Assembly: GCF_041956535.1 (NCBI RefSeq)
Contig: NW_027192196.1
Coordinates: 452,921 to 516,920 of the forward strand
Length of the DNA: 64,000 nucleotides
Reading direction: 5' to 3'
From: Calcarisporiella thermophila CBS 279.70
Taxonomy: Eukaryota > Fungi > Calcarisporiellomycota
A program made the position numbers and the translations under genes. This document shows positions 28,268 through 41,770 of the stretch, piece by piece. Position 1 is the stretch's first letter. Each line of letters opens with the position of its first letter. Below the pieces are notes generated by a model. It was not told the DNA's origin. It saw nothing but the letters and a program-made list of their open reading frames with translations, and searched no databases.

Positions 28268-29178
28268 ATGGCGCTTCGATTCTTGAAGCATTCCGCTGCT
28301 GGTTAGTATTCTAAAAGAGCACTCCCGCCGTGTTTTATGATGCATAATTGCTTTATCTTTGCATTTATGTCATGAACTTGAATACTAAAACCCCTGATCA
28401 AATTAAACTAATGTTAGCCTGGAGAAAGTCGGAATTCATAACCCGCCCAACGCTAGTTTCTATGCGCTCTTACTCTTCTCCTCCCCCTTCTCAGAAGCAA
28501 GTGGAACCGACCAAGTCCAATTTCATTGATGTGCTTCCTGGCAGTTCGTTAGCCGCCAAGTTGTCTTATCTAACGGCTGGAACCGGTTTATCTGCATATC
28601 TCATTTCGAAGGAGCTCTATGTCCTCAACGAAGAGACTTTAGTCCTGATATGCTTCGGTGGGCTTGTCTTTTCACTTGGCAAATATTTAAGACAGCCTTA
28701 TACTGAGTGGGCTGATGCGCATATTAATGTAGGCATTCTAGATGTCACCTCTCTTCATTCTATCTTACCTAATGAAAACTCTCTTTTACTTCTATACTAG
28801 AAACAAAGGGCAGTTCTCTTAGAGGCGCGTGAAAATCATAAATCAGCGGTGCAGGATCGTATCGATCAAGTCGGCCAAATGAAAGATGTCGTTGCGGTCA
28901 CAAAAGCATTATTTGATATGTCCAAAGACACTGCCCAAATGGAAGCTGAAATATTCGAGTTAAAACAACGTGTTGCAATGGCGCTAGAGGTTAAAAGTGT
29001 ACTCGATTCTTGGGTACGTTATGAGGCGTCGGTCCGTGAGCGTGAGCAAAAAGCTCTGGCAGCCGAGGTCATAACTAAAGTCATGGACGAGTTACAGGAC
29101 CCGAAGCTACAGGAACAAATTCTATCGGAGAGTCTTGCAGATGTTGATCGCATTCTCACCTCTGCAAAATCCCTTTAA
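28268..29178 (+). CDS. ATP4: Mitochondrial ATP synthase subunit b/4
   Basis: Presequence MALRFLKHS, then ISKELYVLNEET and VKSVLDSWVRYEASVREREQ; two introns. Confidence 0.96.
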
Positions 29179-29488
29179 AATTAATTATATTTGAATAAAG
29201 CCTTGGAAATTTTTTTGCTCATTTCTTATTCTTTGTTGCTCTTTCTCTCTCCATCAAAGGTGCCATTCATAGCCATTTTTGCACAATTTGTGCGATCATA
29301 CGCTTAGAGCTTGCAAAATGAATGGATCAGGATGCTCCCAATCAATATGTAAAAAACAGGGAATCAGAAAAATTTCGAGTTAGGTTGGGGTCTCGGAAAC
29401 CTAATAAATAGGGGGTATTTTTCTATGCCTTGGAATCTTTTCCCTTTTCATTTTTTTTTCCCAACTCATTCCTTCATCCCGCTATTAA

Positions 29489-32400
29489 ATGGAGGTCGCG
29501 CTGGTAAAAAGACCCGGTTATGGAAGAGCTGGGCGTGCCACTCGTGTGCGTACGAATTACTACGAATTAGTCATTCCTAAATCCAGGAAGGACATTTATC
29601 AATATGATGTCACCATCGAACCTGATGTGCCCCCCGCTGCTAACCGCAATGTTTTCAAGGAGTTCGAAGCCATGCATTCGAAGAAACTTGGAGGACTACT
29701 TCTTGTATTTGATGGACGTAAAAATGCCTTTTCATCCTCCCGACTTCCATTGAAAAATGATTCGGAGAATTTTGAAGTACATTTGCTAAATTAGTTAATT
29801 TGTTTCGCTATTGAGTGAGGCTAAAAACTTTTCTATTATAGGTGACTCTTGCCGAAAGGACGAAAGGACCACCTAAGACATTCAGAATTAAGATAAAACT
29901 TGCGGCTAAAATTAACATGGAGGAGCTTTGGCAATACTTGAATGGGCAGCGAACTGACATTGCTTTATGCCAACACGGTATGATTTTAATCTAATTTTAT
30001 ACTGGCTCCTAGTTTTCTGATAGTTTTCCTTTTTGCCCTCCAGCCATTCAGGCTCTCGACGTTCTTATTCGCCATAAACCCTCGATGTCTCATGTCTCAT
30101 TTGGAGGCTCCTTTTTCATTCCGAACAACTCAAAGCGTATCTCAATGGGTGCTGAAATTTGGCAAGGGTATTACCAATCTGTCCGTCCAGCTCAAGGTAG
30201 ATAACACGGATACATTATATTGAGTTTTCATATAGTTGCCACGTGGTACTCTATCTTTGACACACAACATATTTATTATTTCTTTTTTTTTGTTTTTCTC
30301 AAGGCAAACTAATGCTCAATGTTGATGTCTCGCACACTGCCTTCCATCAATCGGGTCCTCTCATTGATTACGTTGCCAGCGTTCTCGGTCGTCCTCGAGA
30401 TGCACTGTTTAGAGGAATATCTGGCCCTGATCTCTCACGAATCGAACGTTCCGTTAAAGGCTTGGTCATAATGGTAACCCATCGTGGAGAAATGCGCCCA
30501 AAGTTCAAAATTACCAAGCTTTCGCCTGCTCCAGCCGACAGGATGATGTTTGCTGACAAAGAGAGCGGTAAAAAGATGAATGTTGCTGAATACTTTATGC
30601 AGCGATACAACAGGCGACTTGAGTATCCTATGCTTCCGTGTGTTATGGTGCGGAAAGACGTGTTCCTTCCAATGGAGGTTTGCTCCGTTTTGCCGGAACA
30701 ACGCATTACGCGCAAGCTTGCCGACCGTCAGCTAGCTGATATGATCCTCGAAACATGCACAAAACCACAAGAGCGTGCTGCTAAGATTCGCTCGGGAATT
30801 GATCTCCTGCAATTCGATAGGAACGAATACTTGAGCCAATTCGGTGTGGAGGTTAAAACGCAGATGACGACGGTTGAGGCTCGAGTTCTAAGCACCCCCG
30901 TTATCTCCTATCACAGAAGCTCGCGTGAAGCCGAGATTTCGCCGCGTGATGGAACATGGAATATGAAAAACAAGGTCCTTGCTGAAACAGTCAGACTTGA
31001 TTCTTGGGGTGTTGTGATATTTGTTCATAATCGTAAATTCTCAATGCAAGAAGCTAAGCATTTGGTTCGCGAGTTTTGCCAACAGTGCAATACTTGCGGA
31101 TTGGATGTCAGATACCGCTCACCCTACATTGAATTTGCAAACCCCCAGGGCGATGTTGAGAGGAGCATGAGGCAGGCCTTCAGCCGTGCCGATAGAGAAG
31201 CTAGAAAGCCACCCCAGTTAATGCTTGTTGTACTTCCGGATTCATCGATGCCTTTGTACGCCGAGGTGAAACGGATTGGTGATACGATTTTGGGAGTCCC
31301 TACGCAGTGTATGGTGTTCAATAAATGCCGTAGCGCGAAACCGCAATATCTAGCAAACGTGATCTTGAAGGTTAATGCGAAACTCGGTGGGGTCAACTCG
31401 ACCCTGTCACTCGACCAGCTCCCATTTTTTGCAAAGTGCCCAACGATCATCCTGGGTGCCGACGTGAATCACCCGGCTCCTAGCGACACCACCAGCCCTT
31501 CGATCGCCGCTGTTTGTGGCACCATTGACTCAACCGCCGCCCGCTATGCAACTGTTACCCGTCCACAACCTTCACGAATGGAAATTATCAAACATCTCTC
31601 GTCGATGGTAAAGGAATTGCTCAGAGCGTTTTATAAAACGGCGAGGTGTAAGCCCGAGCAGATACTTTTTTATCGTGATGGTGTCAGCGAAGGCCAATTT
31701 GGTGAGGTTATGCAATCGGAGATATCGGCCATTCGAGGTACAACTGATGAAGGAAATAGGTCTTCAGGTTTTCCTAACTCAACCACTCTTCTCCCTCACA
31801 TTTGTAGAGGCCTGCGCTTCGCTTGATAAAAACTACAACCCTCGACTGACCTTTCTTGTGGTGCAGAAGCGCCACCATACCCGTTTCTTCCCGATGGATA
31901 GAGAAGGGACCGATCGAAGCGGCAACTGTCTTCCTGGAACGGTATCATCGCCTGGATAATTACCTTTTCATCGACAACTCAATGTTTAATGCTTTCCACT
32001 TCGTGTTTGACCTTTCCCTATAGGTTGTGGAGAGAACTATCACGCATCCTTGGGGTTATGACTTTTTCATTCAGTCTCATCCCGGTCTCAAGGGTACAAG
32101 CAGTCCCACCCACTACTATGTCCTCGAAGACCAAAAGTATTATCTGCACTTATATATTGATATTTAAGATTGGCACTGAGTTGTATGCTTTGTAATTTTT
32201 AGCAATTTATCGCCCGACGAACTTCAAGAGCTCTCCTACAAGCTATGCTATACATATTGCAGAGCTACTAGGGCCGTTTCGTTGGTGCCACCTGCGTATT
32301 ATGCCCATTTATCTTGCCTGCGAGCACGGTATCATACGACCACTACGTGGTTGAGTAACTCGTATAGTTCCGGCAGTGAGCCTAAAGAGAAAGAATACAA

Positions 32401-32504
32401 AGAGGTGAGAGAGGAGATGAGATCAGGTAGGATTAAACCATTAAGATCGATTCCCGGTAACCAACTAACAAGCATTCTTGTTACTAGCGATGTATTTCGT
32501 CTAG
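29489..32504 (+). CDS. AGO: Argonaute (N-L1-PAZ-L2-MID-PIWI) with intact DEDH tetrad
   Basis: [24 protein letters not shown]...[38 protein letters not shown] and PPAYYAHL. The last intron (~32427-32487) gives the canonical -MYFV* end. Confidence 0.96.
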
Positions 32505-33102
32505 ACCTGCAGCGTCTTAATAGTGCATCGATAATACAAGTAATATTCATCCAAGACGATTCATTGGAATTTCAGCAACACACCTACTATTGGGGCTATC
32601 TTACTAATGGATAAAATATTGGGGCGATTTATACTATAATAAATACAGCAGTTTTCTGTAGTAACCGCAATTTAGTGCCATAAATACACACGAAAGATGA
32701 CGCGAATTCACGAGGAATTAATGGATTGGGGGCTCTTGAAATGGTTTAGTCAATTAAAAAGGAACTCTATTTACTTCCGATTTCGAGTAATGTTCCTAGA
32801 AGATTTCGGATTGCTATCGTCTCGAGTGAGGAATAGGCCATATATCCCAATGAGCTTGGTTTTACCAATCATCCCTTTCTCAAATGTATAGCGGCTTTTC
32901 CTGCAAACTTATTTAGCCTTTATCTCCTAATAAACTATACCAATTTTTGATTTTCATTGTCACCGTGCACCCTTCTCCACAAGATTAATTTCGTGACTGA
33001 TTTCAACATGGCGCATGCAAATTTACAGTCACAAATGTTTACACACTAGACGAGTTCACTTATACTTCCTATTTCAGTGTTCACCGTTGCAAATTATTGA
33101 CA

Positions 33103-35485
33103 ATGTCGACACCGAAAGCACCCTTACTATCAGTTCCCCTGCTCCTAGAAGGGGAAGTATCATTCGTGAACCAAGTGGTAGATCACCCTGAGGTATTTTT
33201 TGCGGCCGATGATAACGTGACGAATCAAACTCGCAGTGCAGCCAAGCAGCTCTATGATCTTGCACGTCAATCGGATGGCATTTCAACCCCCTTCCCTACA
33301 CTCTTTATCGAAGGTTTCGATAATGAGCAGATCTGGGAGGAGCTTGCGCTGGTGAACACTCCATTCTTGGAGCTGGCCACGGAAAAATTAAAGAAATTGA
33401 AGGAATTTCGACCGAGGTAATATCAATAATCTGCTAAAACATTTTCGACATTAAATATAACCTCTTGCTTACATATAGTAAATTGGAAAATATGGCGAGT
33501 GAGTACAGCGATGAGGAAACTGCACTAGATGCGCCCTTGGATGAAGAGATGGAATCTATTAATGATATGGATGAGGATATGGAGCACAGTTTTGAGGACT
33601 TTGAAGATGAGGAAGAAATTGACGAAGAATTCGAGGACGAGGAATCAAATGACGATGATCAAGTTGGAGAAGAAGAAGAGAGTGGCGAAGAATACGACGA
33701 CGACGGCGAAGATGAAGAGACGGAGTAATTATTGAAGTTATTATATGTTAGCCGAATCTTGCTCATAGGAATTGTTATCTTTCCTAGATCCCAACGAAAG
33801 ACCAGTGAATTGGATGACGATTTTTTCAACCTGGATGAGTTTAATAAATATTCGCTCCAACTCGAGGAGGAAGAGATGCGACGACAAGAAAAGGAGGAGA
33901 ACGAAGAACTTAACGATGAAGACGAGAGTGAGGAAGAAGAGGAAGAGGAGATCGATATGACACAGGATCCAGACGACTTAGATATAGATAGTGAGGAAGA
34001 TGAAAAGCCAGTTGAAGGCAAGTATTTTTATATTAACTTACCATAGAAGCTTCATCTAACGATTTGTGTTCATTTCTATATATTCAGAGCTCATGTATGA
34101 CGACTTCTTTGCACCGCCTCGGAGGAAGGCTAAATCCAAGGGCAACCAAAAGAGATCTGTGCATTTCGAAGGAGTTAGCGAGGAAGAAGAAGAAGAGCAC
34201 GTTGACGACGACGAATCCGATAAAATTAATTCATCTAAGCAACCTAGAGATCTCTTCGCTGACGAGGAAGATGACTTGGATAACTCGGCTGGAAAATCCG
34301 AGTTCGAAAAAAGACAGGAACGGCTGAAGAAACAAATAGAGGCACTCGAGCAAGAAAATATCGCGGAAAAAGATTGGACATTGAAGGGTGAGGCTACGGC
34401 TAAAGCACGTCCTCTTAATAGCTTATTGGAGGAGGATTTAGAATATGATCATGTTTCCAAAGTAAATTATAACTTCGGTAATACTGATTGCCAAAATTTA
34501 TTGAAATCCATCCCTTTTTTTTTGTTTAGCCGGTGCCAGTGGTGACGCAGGAGATGACTGAATCGTTGGAAGATATGATTAAGAAGAGAATTCTTGACGT
34601 AATTGTTTTCTCTGATTTTATTTGTCTTCAAAAATGATCTAATTCCTTATTTTTTCGGATAAAGGGGGCATTTGATGATGTAGAGCGCAAACGAGATCCA
34701 ACATTCCGCCCGTTCCTTCCATCGAAACAAATCGAGCTCTCCGACGAAAAATCGAAGAAGTCGTTGGCTGAAATTTATGAGGATGAATACGTGCAACAAA
34801 CAACCGGCAACTTTACAAACGAGAAGGACGAAAAATTGCGAAAAGCCCACGAGGAAATCAATTTGCTATTCGGGGAGCTCTGCCAGAAGCTAGATTCCCT
34901 AAGCAACTTCCATTATACCCCCAAGCCTGTAAGGATTTTCAATCTGACGATAAGAGATAGATTAGGTTATGCTGATTGTGTTCAACTGTGTAGGCCAAGC
35001 CTGAGTTCACTGTGGTTGCGGACGTACCTACTATCGAGATGGAGGAGGTTATTCCTACTAACGCAAGCAATGCTACTCTACTGGCTCCGGAGGAAGTGTA
35101 TGAGAAGCCAAAGGGTGAGGTTAAGTCAGTGGAAGAAATGGACCAAGCCGAGCGAGCACGTTTGCGAGCTAAGAAGAAACGTGCGAAACAGCGTGAGAGG
35201 AAGCTGAAAGAGCGGGAGCAAAAAGTCATACAAAAGTATGTTGCTTACTGTGCGATTTGCCTTGCATTTTCAAGATGCTTACCACCTGTTTTCTATAGGA
35301 TCAACCCAGGCCTTGGTAACAAGCACACCCGTCAAAAGGCACTAGAGAGCTTGGCCTCCCAGCGAAATGTAACCATCATCGACAAAGAAGGGGCGAAAAA
35401 ACCAGCATCAGAACTTAAAAACCGCGGGAAATTGTCAACCAATGCCTCTAAAGAACCTTCGTCCTCAAGCAAATTAAAACTGTAA
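33103..35485 (+). CDS. MPP10: U3 snoRNP protein Mpp10
   Basis: GFDNEQIWEEL, acidic tracts, WTLKGEATAKARPLNSLLEEDLEYDH, KSKKSLAEIYE, LDSLSNFHYTPKP and LLAPEEVY. Confidence 0.95.
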
Positions 35486-35869
35486 TTTTTTATTTACTTT
35501 CCATCGTGTGCTATGTAGATTGCCATTACCCCCTCTTTCTTTATCTATTTTCTTTTATTCAAGCGCATACTCGCACTTTCTTTTACCATTAATAATAGAA
35601 AATATCGACAATCAATCCCAATCAATCCATATAATTGAAAAATGTATTGAGAATGCATGTATGCTGCGCCTTGTATTTCAAAGTTGTAAATAGGGGCCGA
35701 AAAGAAAATAATGGTTCATCCTCCCTAAGATTGATTTTTGGATGGTTATGAAGGTAAATTTCAAAAAAAAGTTGAAGTTGTTTCGGTTATGCCTAATAAT
35801 TTTGCGTTTAGATTCCTTTTCAGAACTATTAACTGAAAAACAATCGAGTTATCCGAAAAACGATCCAAA

Positions 35870-36401
35870 ATGCATATTTTTGTTAAATCTCTCGACAGTA
35901 CCTTAGTTCTCAATGTCAACCCCTCAACCCAGGTTGAGGAGGTGAAAAACCTCATCCAGCAACGTGAAGGTACTGTTATGTTCAGTCACTACTTTCACAA
36001 TTTGCTCCTAATTTCATAATTCTTGTTCTATAGGCATTTCGGCCTCTGCCCAACGCCTCACTTTCGCCGGAAAACCTCTCTCTGAGGGCACGCTCGCCGA
36101 CTACGCTCTCGTTCCCGAGAGCACGCTTCACCTTTCTCTTGCATTGCTCGGTGGTGGCAAGAAACGTAAGAAGAAGACGTATACCACCCCAAAGAAAATC
36201 AAGCACAAGCGCAAGAAGGTCAAGCTCGCTGTGTTGAAGTACTACAAAGTCGATGCAAATGGAAAAATCACTCGACTCCGTCGCGAGTGCCCGAACGAAA
36301 CTTGCGGTGCCGGCGTGTTCATGGCATGGCATCCAGACCGCCAGTACTGTGGAAAATGTAGCCTAACCTATGTGTTCAAGAAGGAGGGCGAGGCTAAATA
36401 A
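35870..36401 (+). CDS. RPS31: Ubiquitin-like protein fused to 40S ribosomal protein eS31/S27a
   Basis: Exons 35870-35969 and 36034-36401 encode a 74-aa UBL ending LLGG, then [18 protein letters not shown]...[24 protein letters not shown]. Confidence 0.95.
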
Positions 36402-36567
36402 TCTATCTGACAATTGGAATGTCTGGCGACTTTATGTTCAAAATAAATAAATCACGTATAGGGGCAAACGCATTCACATTCAAAAGATTGAGGAATTTTA
36501 TTTTCAGTAAAAAGTCATAAAAAACCTTCAATCTAACAAAGTGCTACAATACACGCAATGACAAAGT

Positions 36568-37046
36568 CTAACCGGACTTGTCGGCTTTACTTTTTGAGGT
36601 TTCGCACCAAGCAATTACCTGCTTACGATAGAAAGGCCAGGGAGGAAGGATAACCTGAATGGGCGCGGAATGAATGATGAGAATTATGTCAATAGCACCG
36701 AGATTGTAAAGATAATAATTACAATTGCGGAGACAAGCACTCCAGCGCCATAGATGCCGAACATGACGAGTAACGATTGCATGTAGCAGCCAACAATGAA
36801 TGCAGTTACCTAAGGATATGTAGAAATATTTATTCATTAATCGGCACGTATTAACAAAAGCAAACATGCAATGTACCGCGAAAATCGCAATTATAATCTG
36901 GAGAAGATCTTCAGATAATTTTTGTCCCTTGAAGTCCTGATGGCAGAAAGCAAATAAAAAGACAATGTGTTTATGATATAGGGCTAGACGCGCACTACTA
37001 TTGATCTTACAATATTCCATTCGAACCAATCTCTGAGATCTGCCAT
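36568..37046 (-). CDS. SPC1: Signal peptidase complex subunit 1 (SPC12)
   Basis: Spliced MADLRDWFEWNI|DFKGQKLSE, two TM helices, and ILPPWPFYR...W motif. Confidence 0.9.
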
Positions 37047-37251
37047 GTTGAGAAGCTAGGAAAATAATAAACTACTAAGGGACTCGCGAATATGGAGAAA
37101 AAAAGTGATGATTTGACCAAATCTAATTGGAAAGCAAAAATCAAATTACGCGCTCTAGGCAAAAGAGAATAAAGCTAAAAAGCCATAGTGCACTTTAACA
37201 ATTCTCAGTAATATCTAATTTTGCGTTCAGTTTGATATTCTATTATTTGAT

Positions 37252-39489
37252 ATGGCAGATCATGAGCATAATGACACGGGAATTCCTTCGTTTAGCCAGA
37301 GAACCATGCTGGAGCAACTCGAAGCCAATCCCTTCGCTGATTTGGATAACGATCGGATGGTTCAATCTATGAGCTCAGCCGAACCTTGGACAATTCATTC
37401 AGAAACAGCACCCTCTCCTATCAATGAAGTTGAAGAAAATTCCCATATCGCTTATTCTACATCTCCTCATGCTTCAAGCGCAGACTGGTCTCCGGAGGAT
37501 CGCTTAACTAAGAGCCTGGCAAATATTAATTTGAATGAATCTAGCCGCACTGACTTTTCACCTCCTTCTTCACCCGTGCGCCGAATATCGGCTATCTATG
37601 ATACGCAATCACCAATTGCAGAGGACGAGAGCAGACAGAATTTTTCTGAAGTGAGCGAATCGGCTGAGGTGAAAAACGTTATTCGTCCGGTATTAGAACG
37701 GGAGGAACTACGCGGCAGCAATGAGAGTGTAAGGTCAGTTTTGCTCTCGGAAGAAGCTAGTCCTGCGCAAGATACCCCGAGCAAAAACAAAGACTCTGAG
37801 GTATAGATAGAATATATTTGGTCTATTTGTGCGGAATACTTATTTAGTATACTCTGACTGAATTACATATTAGTATCCGCTTAAGGTCGAAGCGCCCACA
37901 GGAGCTATATCATTTGATATCACTGTTGGTGAACCCCAAAAGATTGGTGATCCTATTAATGCCCACATTGTATACAAGGTTCGAACTAAGGTATAGTGTT
38001 TATTTCATGCCCTAGCTCCTTCATTTTTTTTTTACGAATATTCATGCTTTCATCATAGACCACTTCAACGAAATTCAAATCACAAGATATCACCGTCCAA
38101 AGGCGTTATCGCGACTTTTTATGGCTCTATAATCAGCTGGTGACAGATCATCCTGGTATTATTGTGCCGCCCGTTCCCGAAAAACATGCCATAGGTATAT
38201 ACACTACTACAATAAATTGAGATAATAATTAAATATTAATCGCACGTTATCTGCTTAGGTCGATTCCAAGACGAATTTATTGAATCTAGGAGAAATGCGC
38301 TGGAAAAGTTTTTAAGGAAAACAATACAACACCCTCACCTCTATGAAGACCCCAACTTGAAGACATTTCTGGAGTCAGACACGTTTAATGTGGATGTAAA
38401 TCTTTATACGAGAGTATACTAACTATATGTATACCCAATGAACTCATATTATCCCTCCGTTAGGTGAAGCAAAAGAAGACAGAATCAGAGTCGAAAGGAT
38501 TCATGAAATCGTTTGGCGAAGCGGTGTCGAGCGCAACCACTTTTAATAAATTCGTAGAAATGGATGAGGTATCTCTTCATAGATTGCTTATTTACTAATC
38601 CAGTCTCTTCGTAACTCTCGTCTCTTGGCATTCTTTTCAGTGGTTTGACACAAAAAAGCAACAATTGGAGACACTGGAATCGCAATTACGAGTCCTCCTT
38701 CGAGCTGTTGAAGCCGTGATCAAACAGCGGAAAGGTACTGAATAACAATCAAAAGTCTCCGCTGAAGATGTTTACATGGGCCTCCATTCTACTATAGACC
38801 TGGGCAGTGCAACCCAAGATTTTGGTAATAGTCTGGTGACGCTAGCCGATGTCGAGTTGAATCGGCCACTGGCAAGCAAGTTAGTCAATCTTGGAAATCT
38901 GCACAAGAAACTTAAAGGGCTTCATGAGAGGCAGGTTTGTATATAGAGAATGAGTGTGCATAATTTTGCTCTGGACATGATTGACCCAAAACAAACGGTG
39001 TCGTAGGCACTACAAGATGTTCTTACCCTCGCAAACACGATCGATGAGTACATACGTATCATCGGATCAATCAAGCTTGCCCAGCAGGCTCGAGTCAAGG
39101 CATACAATACATGGCAGAGCGCGGATTATGAGCTTCATCGACGCCAGGCTGCCTATGAAAAGGTCCGCTCTGGTCAGAAGACTCGTGTGGACAAACTAGC
39201 GCAGCTGCAAACCGAGATCACTGCGGCTCAGCACAGGGTTGAAGTCACCGAGCGGGAATTCGATCGGGTCACCCAATTAGTACGAGAGGAAATCACGCGC
39301 TTCGAGAAGGAGAAGGTGGAAGATTTTCGTGTCGGGGTCCACCTCTTCTTAGAAGCAATGGTTGCGCACCAGCGGGAGATCATTGGGTTATGGGAGGATT
39401 ATTTGGAGGAAAGAAGCATCAACGACACCAAGGGAAATCAAGGTGAACAGTCGACTTCGAACAGGAATAGCCTAGAGCAAGGCTCATAG
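37252..39489 (+). CDS. VPS5: Retromer SNX-BAR sorting nexin (Vps5/SNX1)
   Basis: PX domain (VGEPQKIGDPINAHIVYKV, RRYRDFLWLY, PPVPEKH, FIESRR) and BAR end (EITRFEKEKVEDF...WE). Confidence 0.92.
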
Positions 39490-39889
39490 TGGAGTTTGTT
39501 TTTCATTTGTCCTTTCCTATTTTATTTTATATATATATATATTTTTTTTGGACCAATTTAATAGTCTCATTACTTTACTGTATTTTCTTCTCCTTTTGCT
39601 AACGACACTTTTATCCACCTCACTTTTTTTTTGGAAGAATTCCCTCGTCAAATTTATAGTAGGGTAAATATAAATATTTCAAATATAGCCTTTATTGCAA
39701 GTTAGAAATGAGGAACACGCAAAAATATAAAGAGGAATTCTAAATAGAAGAGGAGGAGAGACAGACAATAATACAAACATACAGGAGAGATGTGGATAAA
39801 TACGAGATACAAAAGTCCATGTACATAGATGGGTAGAAAGTTCGCGTATAAAAATAAGAGTCCCAAGAGGCCATCATAAGAAATAAAGT

Positions 39890-41539
39890 TTATGAAATAA
39901 TATACAAAAGCCGAGAAGGTATCCCACTCTCGCTCGGATCCCGATATAGTCTCATAAAGTTGAAGGTCAAGCAACAGATCATGACAAGCACTCCATAAAG
40001 CAACAGCAACACAGCAAGGATCTTCTTGGGTCGCCAGGGGTCGTTTTGATGCACTCTCCAATAAAATATCCCGGGCAAAATGAAGGAAATGGTAGTCGAT
40101 CCAGTGGCACCCACAAAGGATAAAACGAGATCAAGCTGGGATACACTAATGGATATCAGATAGCTAGCAAGAATAATTCCCGTGGTCATTAGGACATGTT
40201 TTTGGGTGGAGGGGGGCTCCGGGGGTTTGTTCGACACCACACTTGGAGAAGACCAGAGCCCATAGGCAATCTTGTCTAGGGAGTTGCGGCATGGGTGGCA
40301 TTGAAGAGGGAATGAAAACAAAACAAGAATAACAATAGAGATACGGCCAATGGTGACAAGCCAGCTAGCTGGGTCTATAACAGAAAGAGAGCGGCGTTAT
40401 AGACCTGATAGTCACATAAGCATAGGGGCAGGTTCAGGAAAACTTACATGCAGATATGATATTGGATGGGGCAGTGTTGCCAAACGTAAGATAGCCTAGA
40501 ATGCCAACCACCTCGTAGATAATCGTAGATGCCCCGATAGCTGAGGAGATGACCTTGGTGATGCTTCGAGGCGAATTGTCACGAAGTTCGTTATAGACAG
40601 AAAATATCTGGTGTGCAAAGAAGAAGAGGTTAGAATTTTCAAAAGAAACATGGCGGAAAAAAAACTATCCACAATGCAAAATATAAAGTGACATACATTT
40701 TGATGGCAGGTGAAGGCAAAAACAAATATTGGCAGATTCGTGAAGAACTTTGTCGAGAATCGAACTAGATCGATCTCTCCAGCGGGAGGCAGCTTGCTCG
40801 ATTCTGAAGGCGTAATGAAGCTATACACAACGATGAGAACCAAATAGGCCACAGCGAAGAGGGCAACCACGCTGGTATGCTTCAGAGAGTCCAGCCTTCT
40901 AAAAAAAGAAACGGGCGCAACCACCACCATCAAAACGGTGATCCAAAATCGTCTTCCTAACATCGGGGAGTCCAGCTGTAACTCGGGCATAATTGCATGC
41001 ATTATGCCCGGCATGAGATCACCAATAATTATGAGATACGAGATCCCTACTCCAAAGCATTTGATAGCAATGGCGCTATCGATCAAAATCTGGGCACGGG
41101 GAAATGTAATGCGAGCTACGGAAAAAAAGGAGGAGGTGCGACCGTTAACACGTGCCGCACAACGAGCCAGTAGATACAATCCAAAGCCTGATGCGAATCC
41201 CGAATAGATGATAAGAAGAATTCCAGGTATAATGCCGACAGACGCTATTGCTTGCGGCATGGCAAGCATTCCTGTCCCTAGATTTAACATTGCAAAGATC
41301 TTGGTGAGTTAATAATGCCCGCTCATCACAGTTTTAATTGGGGGCCTACCTAAGATAGTGTTGGAGAGATTGATGGTACAGCTGAAGAAACCAGCCTCTC
41401 CCTTCTCCTCAACTACGCCGATGCCCCGCTCTGCATCGCCTCGATCAACCGGAGCATATGATGTGTTTTGCGCCGTCGGATCAAGAGAATGGGTCCCATG
41501 TGAGCCGATGAGGGGTGTACGCTCTGTACTTGTAGGCAT
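39890..41539 (-). CDS. Vacuolar amino-acid transporter, AAAP/Avt5-7 type
   Basis: N-terminal ERTPLI dileucine-type signal, NLSNTILGTGMLAMP, AIAIKCFGVGISYLIIIGD, FAFTCHQN, FSFPLQCHPCR and GATGSTTISFILPG. Confidence 0.93.
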
Positions 41540-41770
41540 TACTTGGGGAAGTTTATTTCTTACAAAAGGAAATGATGGCCAAGAGCAGAAACAAAAGGAT
41601 ATCTATGGCTGAAATAGAGAACCATACACCCCCACATGATTGGACAAAAAGTGTGACTACAATTATTTATAGCAAGAGGCAAGCCTGTTACCGTCATGGG
41701 GAAGATTATACAATTCAACACAAAACACGTGCAATTTCGCATCCCCATTAAGAAATGAAAACCGGAATGA

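Noticed and set aside
22989-32504. MT-A70 and Argonaute within 10 kb as a genome-defence/epigenetic cluster
   Set aside because: They are separated by unrelated SEC3 and ATP4; proximity in a dense fungal genome is not evidence without synteny.
35471-35485. Mpp10 C-terminus SKLKL as a peroxisomal signal
   Set aside because: The terminal tripeptide LKL is the usual Mpp10-type ending, and the protein is nucleolar.
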